Below are positions 24,125 to 37,939 of a stretch of DNA of 64,000 bases, piece by piece. The notes beneath the pieces were generated by a model, which did no database searches, was not told where the DNA came from, and worked only from the letters and a program-made list of their open reading frames with translations. The stretch covers positions 48,486,001-48,550,000 of the forward strand of contig NC_045697.1 in the NCBI RefSeq assembly GCF_009834535.1, written 5' to 3'. Origin of the DNA: Camelus ferus (taxonomy: Eukaryota). Position 1 is the stretch's first letter; every line of letters starts with the position of its first letter. The translations under genes and the position numbers were made by a program.

Positions 24125-24255
24125 GCACGTTTAACTGGACTTCTCTAAATGCAGTTTCCTAACTCCACTCCTGGAGATGCTAATTCAGGATGTCAGGCGA
24201 AGGCAAAGTAATCTGTATTTTTCAAGTGCTTCCAGGTGACTTGATGTAACTAGCC
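24125..24255. mobile_element. MER5-like hAT fragment
   Basis: gagatgctaattcagga...tctgtatttttcaagtgcttccaggtgacttgatg pattern. Confidence 0.45.
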
Positions 24256-25364
24256 TGCCAACCATTGTTTGTCTTAAATGCTCAGAGAAGTCCTTCAATT
24301 TTATAAAAACAAAAAACAAACAAACCTGTTTTAGTTGACTCACTTGGACCTCCCCAAATTTGTTTAATCATGGAAACTTCTGCTAAGTCACCTACAGAGA
24401 GAATGTCCTTTGGGGAAAGCTACCGGGGGATTCTAAGAACTCGTGGGATAACTCTGCCTACTCCAGTCCCAGCCACTACCTAGTTCGGGCTCCAGTTTCT
24501 GGAGACACGTTTTTCAAACTATGGGTCACAACCCAGTTGAGAGTCTTAGCCTAAATGTAAAAAGAAAAAGTTTAGAGAACAGGATAGAAGAAACCCGAAT
24601 GCAATGCAAACAATAAGAGCAGGTATTACTTCATGGAATGCATACATTGGATCAGGACACACAACATGTTTCGTAGTGAAGGTTGCAGCCCAAAGTTGGA
24701 AAGCACGTGTCCTCGAGAAAGATTAAGGAACAAGATGGTCTCAGCAAACGCAGCTTATTAGACGGCACCCAGGCATGTGAATCAGCTCGGGAACTCTGCA
24801 TTAGAAATAAGCCCCCTATGAGAAAGAAATCATAACACCTCCCTCCAAGGAGTCCACTGCAGTGCGTTTCTGAGAAGTGACTTGCAGCAGCCACGGCCTT
24901 CCCAGGTCCTACTCCCCAGGTGCCGCAGAAATCCTTGCATCAACGAGAGACACCAGACACCCTCCCCAACGCTTCCAGCCAGTAAAAACCAGCCCAGAAG
25001 GAACTGGTCCTGTATCATCCTCTCAGAGACCTGAAGTGATGATACCTTTTGCAATTTTGAGCCCTTCTAACTTAATTTTTAATTGTAGTTATTAACAACC
25101 TTTTCCAAGTGAGAAGTGAACAATTTTCTCATGAGGTTTTAGGATGGTTTAAAATAGGCTTTTATCTTCTCATTTCCGCTTAGCCTTCAGTACAGGCAGG
25201 TTTTACTCCTGGAGGTCCATGGAAGAGGGAGCGAATTCACACAGCACAACTCTCTCCCTGTCACGTCTCCCGGAACCAGACCATGGAGGACAGGCCGGAG
25301 CATCACACGTCACTGGTGTCCATGGAGGAACTTACACACGCGAAAGCACTGTCCTTACAACAAC

Positions 25365-25495
25365 CCAATCAGGTAGACCTTATGATCACCTCCCATTTTA
25401 CAGATGGAGAAACATGGACACAGAGGCATTTAGTAACCTGTCCAGGTCACACAATGAAGCAACAGAGCCAGGATCTGCGCCCGGACCACCTAGCT
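25365..25495 (-). mobile_element. MIR SINE fragment
   Basis: cccattttacagatggagaaac...gtaacctgtccaggtcacac...cagagccaggat. Confidence 0.7.
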
Positions 25496-27265
25496 CAGAC
25501 AGGGGCTCCGTCTCCCGCACCGCTGGGGAAGCGAGGCCTACAGCCTCCTAGAAATGAACAGGTCTCATGGGCCTGAGAATGCTGTGATCTCCTGAGAGAG
25601 TGGTGCGGAAGGAGCACATTTTGTGATCTGACAGGTAGAGTCAAGCTGAAGGTGGCATTTGAGACGAGGAAGGGGTGTGAGGATAGGCAAGGCTGGGAAG
25701 AAGGCAGTGGCGTCCCAGGAGACAAGCAGCAGGGACAAGACCAGTCCTCGTCCATGGGCTACATCCCTCCTTCTACCCCAAATGCCAGGTCTGGGGGACC
25801 GGGGTCCAGGGAAGGCCTGGGTGCTCTGGCTGGGCTGAACCGTGAGCTCCAAGGCTGCAGGGGTCCTGCCTCAAGACAAGAGACACACAACCCTGCACCC
25901 AGACAAGGGGAAGGACACCACCGGGGGCGGCTGGGCTCTGGTGCCAAGGACGCACTCCCAAGGCTTGAATGCGGCCAGTCACTGTGCTCACCCAGCTCCT
26001 GGTTTTGTGTCACTCAGTGTCACTTATTCAGGGGAGCTGCCACTTACTAAGCCTTGGCTTTAGAGGCCACCCTCTGCTTTATAAACACAAGTGAGGCCCC
26101 AGTGGAAAACGGTGAATGCTGGGTGCCCAGAGGGGAGGATGGACTTCCCTGTACCCTCATGAAGGACACCTCTACTCTGAGAATATAAAAACCCTTAAGT
26201 CCTGCATTGAGACTCCTCCAAGCTCACCCTAAGTTTACAGGAAAAGCAAGTCGTGTATGAGCATCCAGGAGAGGTGAAAATTCTGGGAAATCCCTCAAAC
26301 CAACTGTGGCTTTCGCTTTTCCTTAATTGAGTGATCCTTCATGCAGGTCCCCTCCTGCACCCTCAGCCAGGCTCACAGGAAGGGCTGGGGAGGCCGGAAA
26401 CTCCTCCAAGGGAAAGGCCGGACCCTTTGTGAAGCAGTGGTTTCCAAGGAAAGGAACACCAAGTTCATTTCACTTTGCTCTCTGCCAAGACCTGGGACTC
26501 AAAGCCAATGTTTATGTTCCAAATCACCCTGCCTGCACCAAGAGGGCTGCCTGTGGCGGAGCGAGTGGATTTCTAAGCAGAGAAACTACCTGCAGGGTTC
26601 CAGCAATTGAGATGATGGAAGGTATTTATTTTTAGAAAGTCCACTTTTCTCTACTTATTTTTTTATGCAGGGAAAAGTGTAAAGGCCTTGGTTCTGCATT
26701 TATGTATATGTTTTATATATATACACACATATAGATACATAAATTCCCTCCTTTTCATCATCAAAAAGAAACCCCCAGGCCAGCAGAACCAAATGCAAAT
26801 GAGGGGGGGGAGGCTCCTCCCTTTTCAGGGAATGAAGTACCGTTCTCCACAAGTCAGACCTCAGCGGCACCTCCCGCCCGTCCTGAAGGACCTGGAGACA
26901 GGGAGACCAGAGCAGTGGGCTGGACCCCGCTCTGCTAGGCCTTGCAGAACCTGCTGGATGTACCTAGCAACGCTCCTCCGTGTGGGCAGTGACCGTGGCC
27001 TCAGAGGAGATGTTGCAATTCAAAGGCAGAGACAGAGGCAGCAGAGGAGGCTGCCCCACTGCAGCAGCAGGAAATCCTCACATCCTGGTTTCCAGGGACC
27101 CAAGCAGCCTATCGGTCGAGAGGGTGGAAGGGAATGCAGGGGACAGAGCTGTGCTGACTGGCTCTTGACATTCTGGAGGTAAATTACCTCTAACGGACTT
27201 AAGAAACAGTCCCATGCATTCGAACTTCTGCAGGCAGCGTATGGGCTCCAAGTTATGACCTAGTC

Positions 27266-27450
27266 CTGGGTTGGCAAATTACAGCCTAAGGGTGAAATCT
27301 GGCCCCTCTTTGCCTGTTTTTGAAAATACAGTTTTATTGGAACACAGCCCGGTCCATTCACTTAGGTTAAGATCTCCAGCAGCTCTCACGTGAGAGTGGA
27401 CTGAATAGTTGGGACAGAGATCACATGGTCCACAGAGCCTAAAACATCTC
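27266..27450 (+). mobile_element. MER58A-like hAT-Charlie element
   Basis: gggttggcaaattacagcc...aaatctggccc...cctgtttttg...agttttattggaacacagcc...gcctaaaa. Confidence 0.7.
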
Positions 27451-28850
27451 CCACGTGGCACTAGGTCTGACTGTGCCCTGATCTAGCCCATGTAAGCTAT
27501 GTGGCGAATAAAGACGGCGTCTGCCACACAAAACCCATTTTCATCAGGTTTAATAACCAGAGTAGGCCTGATGTTGCAGGGACTATTTTTCAGTCATTGC
27601 ATTTCAAGGTTCAGTGAGCTGGACTTGTGTGCACAAAAGGCATCCTCCACCCTGCCTCGGAAAGCACACTTCATGTGGTTGAGGAGGGTCAGTTTTACCA
27701 GCCCTTGGGGCAGGACTAAATGATGCAAACTTGGCTACAAGTTAACTTCTTGGTTAGAAGCCTTTTGTCTGGGGTCTCCAATTGTTCTCACCAAATACAT
27801 GCATGCTCACAGCGCTCCACAGGCACTGTCCCAGGAGACCAGCCTGGAGTTCACCAAACTATCTCTAAAGTGATTCTAAGAAAGTAACCCCCTCCAACCC
27901 TGATGACAGCTGAGATCCAGGGGATGGAGTCCACCGGCACTGCACACAGCCTCCTACACATCTGAGCATGAGTTACAGGGCCAGCCACAAAAGAGGAGGA
28001 AAACCATCTTTTCCAAGGAAGTGTGGTCCCCGATCAGTTTAGGCACCAAGCACAGACACACCTCACATCACCTCAATGCAAATCCCCATTAAGAAATTAC
28101 ACAGCTCAGCGGAGACAAAGCAATCCACTTCTGTACCAGGAGGCGGCAAACCCGGCCCAGCAGCCTCGCCCTCCTCTGACGACTCACCCAGCCTGTGCGG
28201 CCCGGCACTCCGCCCCTGCTGACCCCTCCCCGTCACTGGGCTCTGCCACGGCCTGGCCTTTGCTGGGCCACTAATTCTACATTAATTTCGATATTCTCCC
28301 CTTCACATTTTGCCTCTTCATCTGCATCCATCCATGGTGTGGGGAAACACGTAACAAATGTTCTGGAAGTTATTCCTTCTCCTACTCACTCGTATTGTTA
28401 GAATCGTACCGATTCACCTAAAGCTGATACGAGTGCTTCAAAAAGTAGGAGCTTTGGCAAGTTAAACCTGTTTGGCAAAGATGAACTGGGCAAACTGTAA
28501 TGAGCGTCCACATCTTTGTAAATGCCTGGACCGGGTCCTGGGGCCTCTGTGAGTATAACGGTTAAGAACACGCCCGTCACTTCCTACTTGGGCAGCCTGT
28601 TTACACTTTTCAGTGCCATCAATACCTAGACTGTTTAAAATGAGGATGTGACAGTGACACCAGCTATGTCAGCTACCTGAGATGATGCAAATGAAGTGGT
28701 TATCGCAATGCCTGGCAATACGTGCTATCAATCTACCCCCAAAGCCCCCCACCCCTGATATCTGAATCCAACTGGCATTTCTGTGACGCACCAGCACACA
28801 CCCCCGCTCCACTGCTGTCTGGGGGCCCCGACTGCTAGGTGCCTTTGTAC

Positions 28851-29019
28851 CTGAAGGGCTTGCTGTCAGGGTCAGTGTCCTTGAACCCCATCTCTTCGAG
28901 TTTACAGCGCCGATACAATTCATAATGGCGGGTGTGAGTCTGTTCTCGCAAATCTTCCATGTTCACGCGGATCAGCATCTCCCGAAGCTTCACAAAATCA
29001 CAATGGTTTTCATTCTCGA
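28851..29019 (-). CDS. SEPTIN11: Septin 11 exon 7 ([16 protein letters not shown]...DSKPF)
   Basis: 169 nt; acceptor ttgcag, donor AG|GTACAA; part of the septin unique element. Confidence 0.97.
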
Positions 29020-30058
29020 CTGCAAGAGATGGAGGAGAAAGCAGCGGGGCTGTCACTAAAATCAGAAGGGATGTTTCTATGGCATTACCATCACTCCTGA
29101 CATCTCCGAGGTCTCAAGGCTCCTTGAAGGTCCTTTACTGGATCCTCCTCACATCCAAAAGGACACAAGATTTCTGACCACAGTGACCATGAGTGCGATG
29201 ACGATGGCGACTGCTGAGTGCCTACTCCGTGCGGGCACTACGGGAGGGGCTTTACAAGCACTGCCTTGACCCTTTGTCACAATTTGCCAAGCAGGCACTG
29301 TGACTCCTGCTTCGCGCATGCGAAGCCCGGCTTGGAGGAGCAAGCTGACCTGCCAGAGGGCGGCAGCATGGTCTGTACTCACACACCATCACGCCTGGCT
29401 CCAAGGCCAGGCCAATTTCTACCACGCCATGCCGTCTGGCCCTCTACGAGGCAGTTTTTATGTACCACCTCCTTTCATTTTATCAACAACACACTGAAAA
29501 AAGATTTCTTATTGGAGAGAAATTGGGAAGATTCATAAAAATTACAATTTTCCTACACGTCTCCAAGGTACTGTGTTTTCTCATTTCTCACAGATGTACT
29601 GTCTTTATTCAGAACAAAAAAAGGACTGACATATCTTAAACCAATGAAGGAACTTTCTGCAGCCACCCTACTTAATCCAGAGCATTGGACATCCTCCTTC
29701 AAACACACAGGGACAAGTAACGAAGTCCTTGCCCATCAAAGTGACACATGGGAAGTGTCTTCAGGTTAGAGACCGTGGTCCTGTCCCACAATGCCAAATG
29801 TAGATCACTTCTCATAATTCTCGGATTTTTAATGAGATAACACTGAACTGGAAGACAATTTTTCCAGAAATAATGGAGAAATTTTCTGCAGCTTTCTTAG
29901 ACTTTGCTGATGAAACCAGATGGAATTCCCAGGGAGGAACTCTTTTCTACCAGGAATTTCTATTAAATTTCCCACACAACCCGGGGCCTTGAGGGACCAC
30001 CTCATTGGCACTACGGCTTGGCAGCCATTCTTCCTACCATTGACCAGCCTGGTCACCA

Positions 30059-30131
30059 TTTCTTTCCTTCTTTCTTTTGGTGGGGGGAGGGGGAGGTAAT
30101 TAGGTCTACCACTTGAGCTATACCCTCTCCC
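30059..30131 (-). mobile_element. Internally deleted Vic-1-like SINE
   Basis: On -: gggagagggtatagctcaagtggtaga joined directly to cctaattacctccccctcccccc plus an A-rich tail; caccat flanks both sides. Confidence 0.75.
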
Positions 30132-30251
30132 ACCATCTTTTTCTTGTCTCCACGACCACCAGGTGTGAAACCCTGCTGCTCCCTCCCACTCTCCCCAGAC
30201 CCAGTGGGGAGGGTCCCACATGGGGAACCCCTCCCCGCAATGCATACATAC

Positions 30252-30348
30252 CCTGCACCACGCCCCAGGGGTACTGCCTGGCCTTTGCCATCTTGTTGCC
30301 GATCTTCACCTCTTCAGTGCTGCCAACCACGGCGAAGGGGAGGTGGAC
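30252..30348 (-). CDS. SEPTIN11: Septin 11 exon 6 ([10 protein letters not shown]...RQYPWGVVQ)
   Basis: 97 nt; acceptor cggcag, donor G|GTATGT; PFAVVGS and RxYPWG septin motifs. Confidence 0.97.
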
Positions 30349-30609
30349 CTGCCGGGCAACACGAGGAGAGAGTGGTCACCGGTCACCCTCCCTGTGCTGA
30401 CGAAGATGGGCTTCCCCCCCCCACCCCTCCACCTGCAGCCTCCACACGGGGGCAGGTGGAGAGAGGGCAGGAGAGTGAGGAGGCCCTACAGCTCAGCATG
30501 GGTGGGATTCGTGGATCCGACCCCCCTGCAACCAGATACTGAATATTTGACAGGAGCCAGACTCAAGGAGAAACTAGAGTCTCTGATTATACACCAAGTG
30601 TGTGCTGCC

Positions 30610-31170
30610 CATGGTCTGAGAGTAGCCACTACTTCATGTGCTATTGAGCACCTGAAATGAGGCCTGTAAGATCCAGAAATTTCTAATTATATTTCCTTTG
30701 AATTAATTTACATTTAAATTTTAAAGGGAAGCAGTGTGAAATATTTTTCCATTGAATATAACTATTGTTTTGATAGGACTGTATTTCATTTTGCATCACA
30801 CTCAAATCTTCGGAAAAAAAAAAAAAGAACCAGTTTTGTCAATATGTATGCAAACATACTGGAAAATGATCTTTTGGGTACTTATTTCATCTTGAAAAAC
30901 TTTAAAGTTTGTTAGGAGTAAGTGGGGTATGCGTCCAAGTCGGGATGTGCTGTAACTGTAAAACATACATTGAATGTCAAAGCCCTACTATGAAAACATC
31001 TCAAGAATTTTAATATTGATTCCATGTTAGAATGATAATATTTTTGATATATTGTGTTAAACAAGTTCTTAAAATTAATCTCATGTTTCTTTCTACTTTT
31101 TTAAATGTGGCTGCTAAAAAATTTTAAATCACTTGTGTCGTTCATATTATATTTCTACTGAACAGCATTG
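30610..31170. mobile_element. MER33/Charlie1-like hAT DNA transposon relic
   Basis: gtagccact...tgtgctattgagcacctgaaatg and aaatgtggctgctaaaaaattttaaat...atatttctactgaacagc ends. Confidence 0.55.
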
Positions 31171-32099
31171 CTTTAGACAGTTGATCATGGCACAAAATTC
31201 AAGTAAGAAATACACTTTAGCCCAAATTATTGCTCCAGCCTTGCCCAGACTGATCTTGAGCAGAGACAGTGTTCAAGAACCCTAACTGTGCCACACTGGT
31301 TTATTCTGTAGCTATGGCTACATTCTGTTTTCTCTCAAGTCATTTTGGTTTTTTTTCTATTAGCATGTAAGAATAACATTTGAGATGGCTGCTCTGAGAA
31401 TTATTATTTAGGGTTCCCGGAGATGTGTTCCTCCACTTCAGACAAATTGAGAAAGACAAGAATGTATTAAAGCCAAATCCCCTCCCACAAAGAGCTTGGC
31501 ATAACCCTCAGCCCAGGCTGCCCAAGTGGTATTTTGTCTGATGCTCAAGATATTTATATTTTCTAGTTCATCTCACACTCTGCAGGCAGGAAAGAAAGCA
31601 CATTCTCTCTCTCCAAGTTGGGAACTGAAAAGCTGAGGAGCAGCAGGACCCTCCCAGCCAACATTCTGATGTAGTGACCAAGGAACCTGCTTTCTCCACT
31701 TGAATGGAGTGACAAGAGTAACCACCAATGAAATCTGTTTCCCACATACCATACAGGATTTTGTCACCAGGAACGGTTTGCCTACAAAAAAACTTCTTGA
31801 TAGAGCAAGGTTAATTGGGGAATATCAGTTCCATGAATCTGATCGAGAGAAAGTAGCAAAGGTTCATGGATATTTTCTTTCCAAGAAATTTAACACAGAC
31901 TTAGTTTTATGACCATGCAAAAGGATTTAAAAGGAAGGGAAGGGATATACAGAGGAAAACTGGATGGTATTCATTCATGTTACTTCCTGATTCCCACAAT
32001 GAGCTCAGATTGCAGTTTGACAGCAGAATAAACAAGAGACATCACAGCCTAAGCCCTGGACGATGCTCTAACCAAGTATGGTCCTCTGCTTGGGTGGCC

Positions 32100-32310
32100 A
32101 TTAGGATAAAGGGTGAGAGTGTCGGCTTCAGCCAAAGCACCTGGGTTCACATCCTGCTCCATCACTGACAGCTGTTCACTCTTAGCTGTGGGCTGCCATC
32201 TCCTGACATGTGAGGTGGGAGTAATAACCACCTCCCCATGGGACTATTGTAAGCATTAAATGTGGAGCCTCAAACAGTGCCTGATGTATCAGAAATGCTC
32301 CATAAATGTC
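32100..32310 (+). mobile_element. MIR SINE fragment
   Basis: cctgggttcacatcctgctccatcact...attgtaagcattaaatg. Confidence 0.55.
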
Positions 32311-33029
32311 AGTAAGTCAGGCACTGTTATTGTGAAGCTCTCAATACCCATTTATGTAGAGAATTTTAGGGCTGGGACCCCATGTAGGAATTCCCTCCAC
32401 AGTATCTCTTCCAAGTGAGTTGAAACAGAATCTGTGGTCCACTAACCACTTGTGAAAGCTACACATACACTTCACATAGGCCAAAACCCCTGTCGGCTTT
32501 GGTTCCTCCTTTTGACTAAGTCTAGTCACTCTCCCTGCGACAGCCTTCCTCTCACATGTCCTCATGGCCATGTCCCAGGAAGAAGCTGCTCTCCAGTTTC
32601 TTCCAGGGATTCCACATCCTTCACTCTCCTGGCCACAGGAGCATGACAGCCAGAGGGGCTCACATGACTCAGAGTGTGACCAGACTGGGGCAGAGCAGAG
32701 CCGAGCCATCTCTGCATTATTAATGAGATCCCTAAATTGTAAATTTGGTGATTTCTCAGAGAAGGGAAATGTTATATTCCTTCCCAAAGTCCTAGTCATG
32801 TTGGGAATGATTTAAGGGAGAAATTCCTCCTTAAATGATTAAGAGCCCCATATAGAACAGTCCACGTGTGAACTGAAAAAGGAAGCAGTTCTGTCATCAT
32901 CTCCTAATAATCATGGTAGACAACACAGGACTGGAGACCAGGCTGGCTGGGCTGAAATCTCGGTGCTGCTATTAACTGGATGGCTTTGATCAAGTCATTT
33001 AATTCTCCAGAAGAGCTTCAGTATGACTT

Positions 33030-33266
33030 TCTTTGTCCAGAACAGGCAAATCTACAGCGATAAGGAGACAGATTAGTGGTTGCCGATGTCTGGGGTGGTT
33101 AGAGGGCTGACTGCTAAAAGGCACATAGTTTCTTTCTGGGGTGATGAAAATGTTCTCAAATTGACTGTGGCGATGGTCGCACAACTCTGTGATCATACTA
33201 AAAGCTACTGAATTGTATCATTTAAATGGGTGAGTTGTACAGTATATCAATTAGACCTCAATAAAG
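33030..33266 (+). mobile_element. Old L1 (L1MB-like) 3' end
   Basis: gtccagaacaggcaaatctacag...ggggtgatgaaaatgttct...tcaataaag. Confidence 0.75.
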
Positions 33267-33974
33267 TGACTTTAGTGCCTTTAATAAGGACTCGATTAGA
33301 TATTTTTCATGATCAGATCTAAGGAAAACAGAACATATCTCAACGAACCACAAATTAAAAAACCTGGACTGACTTCTGCTGCCACCAGCATACTTCCAAA
33401 TCAGTGTTGAGCACATATTCAGGGAAGGCCAAGCCATTTAACAGCTTCGAATTACGTTTCACTGAGGCTAGCCTACAAGAATTCTGAGAACCATCAACTA
33501 TGTGTGAAGAAGGCTACTTCTACAGAAGTTATGCATCCTCAAATGGTAGGAGATCTGGACCATCACGTGGCTCAGAAATGAGCCAGGACAGTGGGAGGGA
33601 CGGGTCTCAGCTGCAGGAGAGAGGCTCGCCGAGGGAGATGCTCCCACAGGCACACTTAGACCGCTGAAGCTCTCATCATCTGTCTCCTGACCACTCATTC
33701 CTCCCTGTGATATGGAAATGGTACCCTCCCCTGCCAGTTTACTGAATGATTCAGGAAAGGGTGGGAAACACAGAAAGGAAGAAAAGACAAAAACAAATCA
33801 CAGAAGCGAAAGCGAGCAGGTGGATGTGTTTCTGCCAACATCAGTGGAAGCAAGCAGAGCAAGCTATTTCCTCTAAGCAGCTTTGTGAGAAACAGCGCTG
33901 GGCTGGCAGTCCCTTCCCACGAGATTTGCTGTAGAAATCATAACTTAGAACAGGCAGGAAACTTGAGATCTTGT

Positions 33975-34085
33975 CTACCTCTCCCATCTGACAGACGGAG
34001 AAACTGAGAAGCAGGTGATTAAATGACATGAAGGACAGGCAGAGTTGGACCAGACTGAGGACATCCAATTCCTGGTCCAGTGCTG
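33975..34085 (-). mobile_element. MIR SINE fragment
   Basis: cccatctgacagacggagaaactgag...aaatgacatg. Confidence 0.5.
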
Positions 34086-34162
34086 CAGCCACTGCACAAA
34101 GTTGCCACTAAGACAAGCATTCAGAAACATCACTAGCTGTCTTTCCTTACTTGGGGACTTAC

Positions 34163-34324
34163 ACTCATCGTCGCATTGATCTCTGCCACTGTTTCTTCGT
34201 CTGTGGGGAACTGATATATCTGGACTCCATTGCTGACTAGTTCACTCATGATCTTACTCTTGAATTTGTGCAATTCGTTCTTGGCAATGGTGTCAGCTTT
34301 TGCAATTATTGGGATGATGTTCAC
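34163..34324 (-). CDS. SEPTIN11: Septin 11 exon 5 ([12 protein letters not shown]...INATMS), G4 motif AKAD
   Basis: 162 nt; acceptor ttatag, donor AGT|GTAAGT. Confidence 0.97.
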
Positions 34325-35032
34325 CTATAAACCAAACACATCCGTTTTTATACAACTCCAACATAAGAGAAGTAATTAGACAAATAAATAAAAGAGAAAA
34401 AACAAATAAATGAAAATTGTAAAACTTCATTTAGAAAACAGAGATGATATTAAACATCAGACTTTCTACCTAGATGCAAAATTAAGAAGATACGGGATAA
34501 TTTTTAGTTCCGTCTCTGAACCCCTTTACTTCCTCCCATCTGGCACTGGAAGAAAGCACCCTCGTCATTTCCTCTTCTGTGCAACCTCGTTCTCTTTACA
34601 GCATAAAAGGAAGTGTTACTCTGTGACACATAGCAATAACAAAGAAGCTTATTCTTTGAATAACCAACCACTCCTTTCAGACCCCTCCCAGCCACTCTAG
34701 GAGCTTGATTTTTGTATGCTCCTAAGAGTGATACCAAAGTTTTCATTCGTTAGAAGACTGGAACAGTCAGCTCTATGCAGGATAGCATCCTTTCTTTCTT
34801 CTGATGAGCTGGAAACTGCTAGGAGCAGAGAACCCAAGTATTCACCAAAACAAAAATGGTTTCACCTACTTTTACATTTTTAAAAATCACACCAATTCTC
34901 TTGAAAATCAGCTTCTATCACATTATGCCAGGATGCGACCTGATGCCAAAGACAAGTCTCACTTTCAGAGCGTTGGTTCCAAAGACCAGGAGAGAACATG
35001 GTGTTTGACAGCAAAGGCAGAAACCATCTCTA

Positions 35033-35118
35033 TTTTTTTAATGGAGGTGCTGGGGATTAGAACCCAGGACCTTGTGCATGATAAGTATGTGCTCTACCGC
35101 TGAGCTATTACCTTCCCC
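35033..35118 (-). mobile_element. tRNA-derived SINE (Vic-1-like, short form)
   Basis: On -: ggggaaggtaatagctcagcggtagagcacatacttatcatgcacaaggtcctgggttc...ccccagcacctccattaaaaaaa; TSD agaaaccatct / agaaagcatct. Confidence 0.82.
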
Positions 35119-35879
35119 GCCAAGAAAGCATCTTTTAAACAGTGTTGTTTGGACAGAAAATAACACCAAAAAGAGCCTTCTAAAGTGATAAGCCTTTTTA
35201 CTGAACTCGAAAGAAGGTAAGAGTCTAGGAGGAAACACCATAGCTTAATTTCGTGGTTGTTCTACTGTCATTTGCTTCTTCTTTATTTCAGAATGTGTCG
35301 TCTTCCATTTATTTCAAAATGGAAACTCAAATTAATCATCAAGTAAATCATCAAACGTTGTCAGGCTTATCAGTCCCTTCCTTCAAATGCTGTGAAAGAG
35401 AGAGGTTATAAATGTGCAAAGATTAGCAGTCAAACTCAATCTAAAACTATCCTTTTGATAGTTGGTGCAGTTCAGTTTTAAAATTTAAGAAGTTGGACCA
35501 TCCTTGTCACATAGATAAAAAAATTAACACTTAACACTTTTTTTTTTCATTCTTAACTTCAAATTAAAGCCAAACCTGTAAAAACCTTTTGAGGAGCGAT
35601 AAAGTTTTTAAGAAAATAAACAAGTCATGAATTACAGTTCATTCTCCCTAAATCTACCTCTTCCTATGATCCATCAGGTATCTCCACAGTATTAATTCCC
35701 CAACCCTCAACAGAGCATATACTGGTGGTAATTCAAGACCTAAAAATACTTTGTAATAGGCTACAGGGTTTTGTTTGTTTGTTTTGTTTAATCCTAATAT
35801 CCAGAGAGGTTTTGAGCCATTTTTTTTCACATTGTTAAACCCTATGGTTTTGTAAACCACAAAAAAATGAAACCAGGGC

Positions 35880-36179
35880 TAGGAATCAGGAGAGGGATGA
35901 ACAGTGGAACACAGAGGATTTCTAGGGCAGTGGAACTACTTTGTATGACACTGTAGTGATGAAAAAAATGTCATTATAAATTTATCTAACTCCATAGAAT
36001 GTACCAGACCGAGACTGAACCCTCATGTAAGCCACAGACTTTAGGTGACAGTGATGTGTCAGTGTAGGTTCTTCAACTGTAATGAGGGAGGCTCTGCACG
36101 TGGGGTGGTAGGGAGTATATGGAAAAACCTCTGCACCTTCCTTTCAATTTTGCTGTGAACCTAAAACTGTTCTTTAAAA
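35880..36179 (+). mobile_element. Old L1 (L1MC-like) 3' end
   Basis: acagaggatttctagggcagtg...tcaattttgctgtgaacctaaaactgttctttaaaa. Confidence 0.75.
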
Positions 36180-36279
36180 CAAAACACCAAATTACACTGA
36201 AAGCAGAGAAGAAGTTGGGGCCTTCGGATAAAGGTGATCTTACAGGAGGGTGGGCAGTCCCCAGGGCAGCAGTGAGTAC

Positions 36280-36466
36280 CTTACTGTCCAGCTTCTTCAT
36301 GGTGACCAGGTCCAGGGACTTCAGCGAATGTCCCGTAGGGGCGATGAAGTAGAGGCACGCGTGGATCCTGGTGTCGTGGTAGTTGAAGAGAGAACGTTTG
36401 ATCTTTAGTTCCTCTTGCAGGTAGGCCTCGAACTGGGCATCAATATATTCCACTATCGGCTTATAG
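36280..36466 (-). CDS. SEPTIN11: Septin 11 exon 4 ([13 protein letters not shown]...KKLDSK)
   Basis: 187 nt; acceptor ttctag, donor [19 protein letters not shown] motif. Confidence 0.97.
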
Positions 36467-37939
36467 CTAGAATGCAGAAGAAGGTTTTTTAAGACACATT
36501 GTCAAACCAGCATGTTGCTAGTCTCAAACCTCTTGTGCAGTTCAGCGTGGTACAATCCTCCAGGAAAGTCTTCCATGGTCCCCTCTTCCCTAAGAGCTAA
36601 CGCCCAAGTTCCTGACCTTGGCACCTCAGGCCTTCCATCATCTGGCCTCAGGACATTGCCCCAAGCTCCTCTCTTCCACCCCACTCCCTGGCTTACCCTT
36701 TCTGTCCTATACATCAAGATTTCACCTGCCTCCCTGCACCTCTGCTCATGCTGTTCCTACATGGAACAGTCTTTTTCCTGTTGTTCCCCTGGCTAACATT
36801 CATCCTTTAAATCAAAGATTATACACATGGGGGACACACCTTTACTTCCCCCATGGCACCCATGAAGATAGTGCTAAGAGACTGTGGCATGCTTTCCTGC
36901 TGAGCCAAAACTGAACCTCATAATCTGTCAAGAAAGTGATTTTGACAGGCTCTCCCAACTGACTGGCCTCGGCGCACAAAATGAAGCTGGTCTGAGGTTT
37001 CAGGGTGCGGCACCGCCTCCTGCTGGCAGCCCCTCCCTGCTCCTCTGCCCTGTCCCCCGGGGAGGAGGGCACCTCTGTGCTCTCACAGAGCCCTGTGCAC
37101 CTGCCATGACGTCATCTATCAGCTGAAGTGCCTGGTCTGTTATGATCGAGATTCCTTCCAACTCTCAAGCTTTCTGATTTGAAGGTGAACTTTGTAACCC
37201 TCATTTCTCACCAAATCATAATTCAAGTCTGTTTTGGATAATTGCAAATGACTCTATTCACTGACCACAACACAGGCATTAACAGCATGTTGGGAATACA
37301 TGTTCAATAAACCACACGTTCTCCAGGGATTAAGCAGTGCATTAGGTCAGTGAGGAAAAGCCATGAACCCTTCCAGGTCTCCAGGAGGACTGCCCAGAAG
37401 TTAGCGTCAGCAGCAGTGAGACAGGATGACCAGGAACAAAATGGGTTAATTCTTCCCCAAGCTTACCACCTTGCTGAGGAATGACTTAAGCTTTAAGAAA
37501 AATAAAAAAACCTTTCAACACTCAACTCTCAGATCCGTAAATTCAACCGAAATCCCTCAAAGGAAACTACAAATCTTTTTATAATGAGGATGACAGCAGT
37601 TGCCCTGAAAGAAAAAACAAACAAACAAAAAACAAAGCAAATAAAAAATAAAAATAAAAATTTATGACCAAAAGTGAAAACAGAAGAAAGCTTTCTTATG
37701 TTTTCCCTCGGTGATTTATCAAGATTCATTGATTCAATTTGAGCAGACTCCCGAGAGGTTTAAAGAAAAAGTAGAATGTGTCTCAATATAACTCTAAACA
37801 TGACAACAGAAATCCCAGTTAATTCCAGCGGAAAGGATGAACAAGCAGTAAGATTCACCTACATTTTCCAATTTTAAAATATAGGCAGGTATTACATGAC
37901 AATAGCACTAATCATTACGATAGGGTAGTTACATGCAGT

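Noticed and set aside
24600..30660. Dense overlapping 60-160 aa ORFs
   Set aside because: GC-richer intron sequence or antisense frames of septin exons; no recognisable domains.
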